Origin: Balanoglossus misakiensis
Taxonomy: Eukaryota > Animalia > Hemichordata
Direction: 5' to 3'
DNA: 64,000 nucleotides
Assembly (NCBI GenBank): GCA_040954595.2
Contig: CM082576.2
Coordinates: 13,333,129 to 13,397,128, forward strand
How positions within the stretch are numbered: position 1 is the stretch's first letter; each line of letters starts with the position of its first letter. This document shows positions 1 through 12,200 of this stretch, in pieces. A model generated the notes under the pieces. That model saw nothing but the letters and a program-made list of their open reading frames with translations, ran no database searches and was not told where the DNA came from. A program made the position numbers and the translations under genes.

Positions 1-234
1 CGGCTTTCATATTTTCCTCCTTCGATTCATTCATTTGCTTTATCCCAATATGAGTTTTTAGTTGTAACGGAGAACCGAACTCTGGAGAACGCGATCTTTT
101 CGGCATTTTGTGCTATCCCAGCGGTTTTACAAACGCTTCCTGGCAGCTGCGTTTTTTAAAAACCAGCGCCCTCAACTTTCCCGCGGTTAGAATTGAGGAA
201 ATGTCGTGAAAACAAACAAACAAGTTTAAAAGTA

Positions 235-3200
235 ATGGCGGCTGTGGTGGAATCGGTGTTTCAAGGCAAAACTTGTTCTAACCATGTCCTGTCGTGGTTG
301 ACAGGACGACATGATAAGGTAAAGTCTGTGTATCCAGACATACAATGATTATACAATAGCGTGGACATAGTTAGATCTGTTTTAACATGATCGCCGTAAA
401 ATGCATTACATGCAAAGCTTGAGGCTTGATCGTTGCCACATTTCACCTTCTTCCGTGATCAGGTCATGTGAGAGAGAAATGTTGATATCAGCTGGTAACA
501 CCACACACTGACACAGCGATGTTGCATGTACGCAGATCCAGGTCAGATGTTGTGCATGGCCAGCTTGTACATGTTTGATCTTCATCGCCAGTTGAATTTA
601 ATTGTACAACCTAAATGTCTGATGGACTGTAAGCCAACCAAATAGACAAAAAATCAGAACTATACTGTAATACATGATCATGGTCAGGTGAAGTGGTTGG
701 CGTCCGGTCCTTAGGATTTTACCTCCAGAAATACTTCAAGCCAAGATGGGGGGCTAGGGGGTACAAAAAGAAATGCACAGCAGAGTACATGACAAAGCGG
801 ATTCTTTTCACAAAGATATATACACATTACAGAGTCCATCACCAATATCAGCCATTCACTCATTACCGGTTTCATGGAAAAATGGGGGAGTGTGGGGGGG
901 GGGGGGCATGTTACAAATCAGCCAGATCATACAGGGTACTGGTATTCATTATCTTTGGAAAATAGAAACTATTCCTCTTGAAATGTTTTTTTTTTCATAA
1001 TTGTATGGTGATATTTGAATGGATTAGAAAACATGCCGTTTGTGCGATTAGTACATGCATTTATGTATTTCCTGACCGGACATTTCTTTCTTTACATTTC
1101 AGGAGTATGCGGCTCAATATGAGCTTTTAAATGATGGAAACCTGAAGGCGGATTTTATACCATATTTGTTGAATTATTTAAGAGAACAGAGCACCCCCTT
1201 GATAACACTGTCTCAGAATTCAGGAACATCGCCTGTTAAAACCCCACGCTCACTCAGCAGGAGTAACTCCAGTAATTCTATCAAGAATGATAACTCTGCT
1301 ACAAAAGGCTCAAACAGGGTCAAGCTGTTTACAAGCCCAGGTGTTGCAGCTACCGACAGTGTTATCAGCCAGCCTGCCGGTACTTCACAGTCGAGCACAA
1401 ATGAAGTCAGTCCATATCGTGAACTGTTAACGACTCCAGGTTCGTGGTGTTCTGGTGTCAGTCCACTCCGTCAGACCACTCCGAGGTCCTGCAAGTCTGC
1501 GGAATCCTCCCCTCATGCTTATTCCCCGTACAGTCCGTACTTTGAAGGAACGAATCACCACATTTTTCACCCGCCAGGACAAAAGGCAACTCACAGAGGC
1601 AGCAACAGTATTCACAGTCACAACAACGTGTCTCCCGAAATACTACAGTCGAAGGGACACAAGAAGAAAAGCGCCACCAACAGTCACCATGACGACAAAC
1701 ACAGGACTCATCACCATGACGACAAACACAGGACTCACCACCACGACGACAAACACAGAACTCATCACCATGACGACAAACACAGAACTCATCACCACCA
1801 GTATCAGCCGTCGCCTGGAACCCGGAGAAAATCGGGAAACAAGAGGAGAAGCAATCCGGACCACAAGGACAGAATAAGAGAAATGTTCACCGAGAACAGA
1901 CCTGTCCCCAGCTTGCAGTTGGACAATTTGGAAGACTTCCCACCCATAGGTGCTCAACCGACACCCGCCAAAGCCACAGCCACCAGAAGAATCAAACCCA
2001 CCCCCGTCACGGGAGACAGATTACAAAACAGAACTCAGAAATGCTTTACGTCTACCCCGGTGCTCGTAAAAGGCGATGAATCGTCAGCACCAACGGGGAA
2101 ACTGCCACAGTTTTCATCTCCTCAAAAGGCGCAGCCCAGTCTCGCAAATCACATCACCGGTGTTGCATCTCCAAGGAGTCTCGAAGAAGAGAGGGAGCTG
2201 TTGAGAATCGCACGACAGAAGCAAAAAATAGACAGTGTCTCGGCCTGTTTCAGTCCCAGTAAAAGCGACAGGGCGGTGGTACCATCACTGCCAGTACAGT
2301 TAACGCCAACTAAACCCCCTGTCAGCTGCCTGTTCAAAACTGAAATCATGGAAGCAAAGAAGGACAGAGTCACTTACATTAATCAGCTGAATAGCCTAGC
2401 TGAACTGTACAGTGGTGCCATTCAAGGTTGGTAAATTTAACATCAACATGATACATTTACTTATTAATGTATCATGGCATACCTCAAGCAGTACCAGATT
2501 TACTCCTTAAGTGTAAAGCAGTGTACGTCATTAATCTTACACAGGCTAATTGCTTTTCTTGACAGAGTTTTTGGTTCCCAGTGTGACAGTGGAATTGTAC
2601 TTCATAATCCAGCTACTGACTGTCAAGGGTGTGAGCGAGGATGTGTTGCCAGAAGACAGCAGTGACTCTGAAGACATCAACTATTTACAGACTGTGCACA
2701 ACTGTGTGCATTTTGCCGTGGCCGTTTTGTCAAGGCTGCACAGGTAAGCAGTGGGTCTAGCAGATTCAGTCGAGATTGTTTTATTTGTACAATTCTCCAG
2801 TTCTGAGTTGTCCCTTGTGAAATGGTCAATTCCTCATTGAAAACAGAAAGGTTCTGTTCAAATCATATCTGCCTGGTGAAGAAAGGGTTAAACCATTGTA
2901 TATATGTATACCAGTTCAAAAAGCAGTTTATGTGCTCATGGTGTAGAGAGAAAACTGACAGTTTGAACAACTGAAGATATTTTAAAATTGAAATATTGAT
3001 TGGCATAAAATATTATGTTGTGAACAGTGCAAGTACATAAACAGTCAGGTTTTCATCATACTCAATCATATACCTTGAGACAAAGTTTCTATCAAAATTA
3101 CTCTTACCCTTTAGCTACCCACAATCTGATTAAAATCAGATGTAGGGAACGGCGGCGTGTCTTTTTTATGCTGTCGCCTCACGCTACAGCATAAAAAAAC

Positions 3201-6200
3201 ATGTTGCCGTTCCCTACATCTGATTTTAATCAGATAGAGCTACCCAGTACTTTTTCTACAAATTTAGCACCTCACATTTGTGACTCAAATTCAGATAGCA
3301 GCATTTTGAGTATATCCTGCTTGAGTTTGTAAGTTTTTGTAACTAAGACACAACAGTTTTGGCAATAGATGATTATCCGTAACATCTTTCATTCATGCTG
3401 CATCAGGTTATTGGCATTTCTCGACAAAACAACACTGAGACTACTGTCGGACAACCCAAGAGTGTGCGAATTCTCCAGCGGTCTGAAAACGAAACTGTTG
3501 GAATTGAGTGAAGCAAGTCAGGGCACCGGTCCCAATTCCAAGATTGCGTGCGTTCCCGGAGTGGCATTCCAAGCTGACACGGACAACCGAACAAACTTTC
3601 CCAACGACAAGTCTTTTCACCTCTTCAAGAAACAAAGGTATTTAGGGAATAGTGAATGGGTTTTTTTTGTTCATCGGAATTTAGTGAAGCATTTCAGTTA
3701 ATTGTTAAGTCAATTTTTCAGTTTCGTGAAAACACATCCCATTGCTTGGTGCAGTTACATGTATGTGGCCGGCACGGTGGTGCATAGCCAAGGTGAAGCC
3801 AGACTTACTGGCTGATCCAGGCTCAGCTCTATTATCATATAAGCTGTGAGAGTAAAATATATCCAGAGTGGGAATTTGAGAGAAGGAGTCAGTCTAGTTC
3901 TGCCAAGTAAAAAGCAAAATTGTGAATGATTCCTGTGAGATAATTGTGTATGTAGAGATGAGTGATGTGCTTGTCATATTATCTTTACCCTAGGGACACA
4001 TTCTATGAGTTGATACGCGAATGGGAAGACAATCACCACAAGCCTGGCTGGACCATGAAAGCCGCAATGGCTCACAAAGTATGGTAAGTAGTCAATTAAC
4101 AATCACAGAATGGTATCGCCCACATCATGTTTGGAAGAAGTTAGGCCTGGTGCCTTTTCCCCATGATTCAAAATTCTGTAAAATCACGCAACTTATACAT
4201 GGCGAAAAAGAAAATTGTTTTGTGATTGTTTTCTACAGGCAGTTAGTTCATCATCAGCTGCAGATTGCCAATTTTGCGCACTTTGTCAGGTTATTTCAAT
4301 CACAACTCATCAAGGTAAGTTACATGTATGATTACACCAAGACTTTTTAACCAAATCACAAATTGAACTTTTTATGTGAGACCAAATCTTTTTGACATAA
4401 GTGTATATTAATAATATTCATAGTGAACAGAGTCATTGCAACTTGCCACAATATGAATATAACAAGTGCATTTCACTTTTGTTTTTATTTTGCCCTTACT
4501 CATTGTCATTTTCAGATGTGTAAAGGAGGTCACTCCAGACTGGACGAGATGAACAATACAGATGACATGGAGTTCCTCCAACATCTCAAGAAGAACAACC
4601 CTGAAAAACTCAAGAGGTGACTATGGCAACGTGGAAGTTTATATATTCACAAATGAAAACAGGAAGACATCATGGTTTTATGTCAAAGTTTGCTTGATGA
4701 GTCATATAAAAATTGGTGGATAGAAATGTTTTGTAACTTTGAGTTGAGTCCCACCATTGGCATTGAAGATGAAACTGGATGACATCATTATGATGACATG
4801 TAATTGTTTTGTTTTGAAAGATTTCCATCTCTATCCATATCTCTGTACTGTGTTACCACTGATAAACTTGAGATTATCTGGATAGTGACCTCTCTTAGAC
4901 AGGGAATGTGGTGCCTAATCACGGGGGAGCTTAAATGAAGGATTATACACAGCATAATGATAATCCTATATTTTCATGACAGGTTGCAGGAGAGGTTCAT
5001 TATGCCGTTGTCTCAAGGTGGACCATCGCCCTCGCCAACTTTTACTGGACCCGAAGAATTCTTTCACAATTTTGTCATTATAGCGGACAGGTAAGAACCG
5101 AGCTACCCTTTCACCCCCATGTACACTGCCATGTACTGGTCCAACTTTACAATTGAAAGCAGATCACAGCAGTGCTGAAGGGGTGAGGTTCTGAGTGAAT
5201 GTTCCATGAGCAGACTTGGAGTGTGGGCTAGTCTCCTACAGAACCTTTCTCAAAGTAAAAACCGACAAATACAGTCCAGCTCAAATGAAATGATCGGTTT
5301 AGATCAATCAACACACAGGGAACGACCTCAAAGTGGAAACTGAGAGCAAAAATTCAAAATGCTTACATCACGTATACTCATCACATTATGCATAAAATAA
5401 TTGTGTCTGCATTGTGTATGACAAATTACTAGTAACTAGTAAGTTTAGACATTTATTGTTACTGTACTAGTGTAGTAATCATTTTTTTCTCACTTTCTGA
5501 ACATATATTTCAGTCATATATTTAACCAACATTTGATGGAAAGTTTGTCAGCCAAGATCCTTCAGGTAAGCTCAGAATATCTTATGATTTGCCATCAAAC
5601 AGCATGTTTATGCTTTTTACCACTGAATGTGTCTGTGGACTTAGCTATCTATTGGAAAAGGCACGGGCATGCTGGAGAAAACTGATATAAAAAATTAGTG
5701 GCTATAATGAGGATGAGTATGTGCAGCTATTGATTCTAGTAGAAGTAAATCTCCATCTGATACAAACTACTTGTTGATGTCAGTTTGTACTGTACCTTCA
5801 TGTCTGATGTGTTCCCCGGCGAACATGTATCACAACGAATTCTCTCCTTTGACTGTCTCGTTCAATTTGTACTCCAGCTGACAGGGTCCAGTATGGATCT
5901 GTCTCTGCCGACCACTTCTGATGACAGCACTACTGAACCACTTCTCACACAGGTAAGATATGTATTCTTGATACCGGCTTATAATACAATGAAAAGTAGG
6001 TAGCTTGTTAGGAAACAGGTTCGGAGTTCTTCTGCTGGAAGTTTGAAAGGTCAACCTACATTTAGCACTTGTCAGCAGTAGAGCATATCGTCAAAAAAAC
6101 TGACTGTGCACAAGTGTTTGCACTTTTCGCCCACACGCAAAAGGTTGTGATCCATGAGACAATACTCTGAGAACTCTTTTTATGTTTTACGTCTTCTTGT

Positions 6201-9200
6201 AGGAACAAAGAGATGGCCTGCAGAGTGATATCTTATCAAGCAAACTCCTGGGCAAGTTTTTAGGTTTGGTTGTCTTTCTGCCGTACCAGTGCCCGGATAA
6301 ACTGCCAGCTGGTTTGGAAAGTTCAATCGTTACAATAAGGAACCAGGTGGGTTTCTAATGTTATAGCGATTTCTGTATGTCCGTGTGTGTGTGTGTGTGC
6401 ATCTGTCTGTTTACACGATATCAAAAGAATGGCTGATCAGATTTTGATCAAGTTTGGTACACAAGTTCTATAAATTATGAATAGCAAGAACTGATTAGTT
6501 TTTGGTGACAGCGGCCAAGTTATGAACAGAAGAAAAATCGCTGTCAGTGCAATGCTATGGAGAATGCGACTTGTGGTAGTATAGAGGGCCCGAAATATTG
6601 TCTAGACCCTTGTGTGTACGGAGTATGAGAAATGATCAGGTGATCCTTTGAGAAAATTCAGCATACACCCTGCATTGCAGTGCTGTTATTGGCTGAAAGT
6701 CATCGACCTCGGTTTGACCTGTAGTTAACAACAGTGTCAACTTTCATTGATGTGTAACGCCAGCCTATGTCTTACCCTCACAAAGTTTTGTGCAAACAGC
6801 TTGTTTCCTCAACGGATCCATCACGGTCACATCCTTGTTTTCCCGAGGGTTCATCCCTAAATATATCAAGACTTTGATGTCCCAGGAAACTTATCACGTG
6901 AGGACATTCAGTTCATATCTGGTATAAATGAAACTAATGCCGCTATATCCGTTTAACTCCCGGCAGTGTTCACAGCCGCTAGATGTGCTACAGGAATTGA
7001 AGACGTCAATCAAGAGAAATCAACTGATCATAACACTGCCGTGGATAATTGACTACCTGAGCATGATGGACACCATAGCTCCGCAGTTGCAGTATTACCA
7101 GACTCTCTTGGATTTGCTGCTTCAGCTTTACAAGTAAGTGTGTGGATTTGCCGGCTGGTCTGGAAACTTGTTAAAAACTGTGCAAGTGTGTAGTGTGCAC
7201 AGCATGCTTCCAAAGTTCTCGGTGCTGACGTCTGTTGTGAGCATGTTGTGTGCCAGGGCAAGTGAGAAGACCAACACCCTTGCCTGATAGACAAGTCACA
7301 TGTCAGTTAATTTTAATATGCGACTTGTTCATTTGATGATGCGTATTCTCCATCTATGCATCTCATGTTTTTCCCTATTGACTACACTTCGATGTGCACA
7401 TGATGTGTGCAACTGTGTGTATGATCATCATTGATGATGAAATGTCATCGACCATTGAACTATTAAATCACTGCATTACTCTATTTAGATTCAAGACAGA
7501 ATGTTACTTCGTCTCGTGTTCAATATTGACGTATTGTTTATTATTCCTTTTAGGTTTTTGTCAGAAAAGATTGCTGCATCGAAAGAAGTCAACTGCAACT
7601 ATCTGTTTATGTTGCTACTGCTGGGCTGGTTTTTTGAGGTGAGTCAGATCTTTTACATTTTTGTATCTAACTGTTCAGTTTATTCATACATACAGTATTA
7701 TTTTACAGATACAGTTACTGTCAGTCCAGCATAAGATATCTGTAAAATTGTGAAAAACAACACTTGCAGAAAGTGGACTGAGTTTTTTTTGAAATTCTTA
7801 AATAGACAACTATATGGTATGAGAGTCTACAGAATCAAAGGCTTTGGATATCATTTGCAAGCGTCAATGCAGAACTGTGGAGTTTTGATTAGAGACTTGT
7901 TGATGAATGCGGATCACTGCATATTTGACCTTGCTGCAAGAGCACATCGTCCAGTCCAATGAGTGGAATGATGTTGTTCTTCTTGACTATTGTTGGCTGA
8001 CCAGAGATAGCTTCAAATGCCACCTGGAGATGATGATGAAAAAAAAATGAAATGTAAACACATGAAAGTTATATGAAATGACTGAGTACAGGTTTTTTCA
8101 GATGGGTATTATAAAACCAGTGAAATACCCTCCCCTTTCTACAATTTGGAGTTGTATTTGAGAGAGGGGGGGAGGCTGCATACATGACTTTTTGACTTTG
8201 CAAATGAGAAAGGCTGTCATCCTTTTGTACCATGAATCGTATTCCATGTCTGATGGATGGGACAAAGCTTGCAAAATTGCACAATCCCACACCCTTGATC
8301 ATAAAATTCTGGCCTGGCACTAAAACACACTTACATGAGACGTATAATTTGCAGTTATATTGATGGATACACGAGTCCACTGACCGGGATGAATTGATGA
8401 ACTTGTGGTTTTCCAGACAGTCGAACAAGTGCTTTTGCTTGTATTGGTCTTGGGGACCAAACAAACCTGTAGGGTAAATTTTCTCTCCTTTACACCCGGG
8501 CTTGTGAAGTAGTAGAACTTCAAACAGTTGTTGCCCAGTAGATCTTCTGGCATAATTGCACGGGCTCTGTGTCCTTCTGTCTCTGTCTCTGATTGATACT
8601 TGGCAACCAAAAATGTACCTGTTTTAAGGAAATGGTGAAGTTACTAAAGGCGAGGGGAGAGCCTAGAAATTAATGAGTAAGCCGTAGCCAAGCGTATTAA
8701 CTAACTTTTTTCTAGACTGACTCAAATTATTTCAGATTTATTCCATCCAGTCTGTTTGGGAAAGTTAACGAAGCTCCATGTTGGTCGTTCTTTGCAAATT
8801 TTAGTAGATATCAAGATCTGTTTTTATTTATTTATAATTGTGCCAATTAATTACATGTAAAAACGGAGAACGTACCATCTGTGGAATTAGTGGTAACGTC
8901 ATTGATCTTCAATCCTGAATTGAATGTCCATGCGTATCTGTTGCCCTTTTGAAGCTTGAATCCACAGTCAGCCATGTATTCAAAACCACAAATGCGATGA
9001 TGGTGATCTGAATAAATACATGTAAATATTACCATTGCTATTAATGTACACATTCACAACATTCTGAAAATCTTCTGTGTATAGCCTGATACGCACAGCG
9101 TGTCTATTAAAATCAATTGATTTATTTTCTTTAATTCCAGTTTGAGTAAGAAAAGATTGACCGGCATTCATTATACTGCTGTTATTATCAGTTTTCTTGT

Positions 9201-12200
9201 GTTAATGGTAAGATATTTTACCAGTGATGAAATGTTTCTTTGGAAATTTGTAATTACTATACCAAACCTTTGATTTTTTCAAAATGGTATCCCGATGATT
9301 GCTTCGCCATTATTTCCTGAATGATATCATTATTATACACTGTCAACAATCTGCAAAACTCTGAAGATGAGTTAGATGTGTTGTAAGTGACCACCGTGCG
9401 GTTGCTAATTGTATTTTCTACCGAGCTGTTTACGGAACAGCTCGACTGAGCCTCGGCCAGTCGCCGTCGCAGTTCCTCGAGATCGGCTTTCCAGTCTGGG
9501 CCGTACGCTTCCACGCGTCGCCAGAGGGTGGCGTTGAACGTTTGATATAACAGATGGTCGGCGCTGTTCCATTCGATGATCTTTTTGCACAGACCCGGCG
9601 TCACAGGCACCCGGGTTGTGTTCTCGGGTCGGGCGTTCAGCGCGAGGTACATCACGTCGTCCCAGTCCCAATTCAACAGCTTCTTCAGCAGCAGCAGCGA
9701 TTCGTCGAAGTATTCGGTGATGAGCATCAGGTCGATCTCGGCTTCCAGGCGGCGCACGAAATCGCGGAGGACGTCGCTGTCGTCGTGGTAGACGTGGTCC
9801 AGGCCAAGGTCGAAGGCGAGCACGTTCCGCGTGTACCACATGATGTTCTTGGCGTACATCTTCGCCGTTCGTCTCCAGTAGAGCTCCGGATGCCTCAGAT
9901 ACTCTTGCAGGGTGTCGCTCTGGGTCAGATTCTCTTTGAGGGATGCGACGACCGCCGGCAGCTTGTAATATACGAAGTCGGACTCGTAGTGCGAGCAGGT
10001 CTCCCGCAGTATGGAGATGTACTTAGTGCCAGGGAGCATGAACGTCTCAAAGGCCGATCTGTTATACCGAACGTGCACGGTCATCATGTTGTACTTGTAG
10101 TTGCGCCAGTCGCCGGGCTTGACGTCGAGGGGCGGTAGAAAAAGTCTGCGCGGACTGTCTTCGCGTATCGGGATAACGTTGAAGTGGCCGCTGCGTTTGC
10201 TGTCTCTAAGCAACGCTAACGACAGATTGTGCGACAGGGCGAATCGATTCAAAATGGAGGAGAGTGTGGTGCTGCCAGTTTTTCTCGTCTTGACAAAACA
10301 CACGTTGTTGACCGGCGCCCCCGTGTTCCTTCTCCAAAAGTCAGTGTCTCTCCACAGATGCATTATTTTGTCACCAGCAATTGGGCTTTCCAAAAAACAG
10401 AAAGGGGAGAAAAAAAAGAGATTATGAAATGGAGAAGTAGTCTGTACAACAGTGTAGACGGCTTCATCACAAGCAAGAAATGCCAAAACAGTGTTTTTGC
10501 GCACTATTTTGTAGGTGTGAAAACATGCTAACGGCATTCCAGATGCATTGGTCCAACTTTGGACATGACATAATCACAATCCCTATCATTTAATATCTTT
10601 CCCTTTAAGCCATATCACCTGTATTTGCATCAGTTTGTCATTGCTTGGCAATGCATACCACGTAGATGTTGCTAAACAGGTGTGGCACCCGTTTAATATG
10701 TAAATTGCAACGTACAACTATATGAAACATTCCCTATCATTTAGTTTATTTAGATGAACCAATCTAAGTTTGAAAGTAAAATTATGAAAATGATTCGAAA
10801 AGTGACCGATCATGGGGCTTTTTAAAAATGAAGTTACCACATGTTCATTTGCACGTATCTTACACATTTGCTTTGTGTTTGGGTCTTCATGGATAATGTT
10901 TGATAAAAAAAAGAACGGTTTTTCCAATACTCCCTGTATATTGGGGGAGTTTGGTGTTAAAATAAAAATCGTGCTTACCTTGAAATGTGGTGGAGAATGC
11001 GGATATCGGCTGTGTACCATCCCACAAGGCTTACTAAAGAGGAGAAAGCTCCAACAATCAGCAGGAGAAGAAATGCCCGCCGCATCTGTGGAAGAGAAAT
11101 CAGTGCTTTCGTCAACCGCTGAAAATCAGCGACAGCTGTGAAACTCATTGTTGTCACCAAAGATGTACAATTAGCCGATATTATGTAGCCTTCAAAATTC
11201 AATAAAGAATGTGAACAGTTACCGTGATCTAGTTTAATAGAAGAATTTGGTCGAATCTCAGTCTGTATATTGACACGTTCACTTTGCCCCATCTGGCACT
11301 TACTGCATGACAACACATGTAACCACATTACAGAGCACATTATGGTATGGATATGTTTATAAGAGCATGTACTCCTCACTGCTGTTGACCGAGTATTATC
11401 ACATCTATATGATTATTCAGCTGACCTACACTATTCAAAAGGAAAAAAAAAACACAGAAAGGCTACATTTCATTGGCCTAGGACAACTGAGAGTTCTAAA
11501 GCATACAGTATTATTAATTAAATATGCAAATTCCTTCCTTGTTTTCTGTAGATTCCTGTGTTCCCCGAGGGTTTTTTCTTCAAGTTGTACGACCAAAATC
11601 CGATCGAAATGAGCAACAACTGCCTACAGTCATGCACCAGTGGTCTTGATTCCATTGACCTGATCGACACCCATGTACTCTATCTATGCTGTCCATACTT
11701 GAGTAAGTCTGCCACGACCTCACAATTATTTGTACATCTAGTTTATTTCGCTATTTTTATTCTATTCAACAACTACTGTTTCTAGATCTACTTACTAAAA
11801 TGTGCCCAAGTGCCAAGTACAGAGAGCTTCTTCACAAAGTAGGAAGGCTTGTAAAGTGCAAAGTTATTTTTTATATTTGAATTTTTAGTCTGGACTCACT
11901 AAAATGCAGCTTTCAGCAGTAACATTACTGGTAATGTATGTATTGTTTGTGGTGACAAGCTGAATACTTGGCATATATGACGTAGGGAGTACATGTAGAA
12001 CAAGGTGACACACAGAACAGAAATTATGAAAATATTATTAAAAAATACAGCTACTGTGCCTTTAAGTAATCCTTGCCAACTCTTTGCGTTTTGATAATGA
12101 ATTTTGGACAAATAAGTAGGCTAGCAGTTGCCATGTAGTTTTTATTCCTGATGCAATCAAAATGATGACACTGTATAGCACGTACATGTACTTACTAAAT

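Noticed and set aside
1-60. Possible divergent gene start (minus-strand ATG AAA GCC at 10-2)
   Set aside because: Only three codons are visible before the window edge, so it cannot be supported.
6370-6800. Possible interspersed repeat fragment with a (TG)n tract in a CDAN1 intron
   Set aside because: It looks like a common non-autonomous repeat, but there is no second copy, TIR or TSD in the window to define it.
9405-10138. Overlapping 144-aa and 194-aa ORFs within the sulfotransferase
   Set aside because: Alternative-frame and antisense shadows of a GC-rich coding exon; no recognisable motifs.
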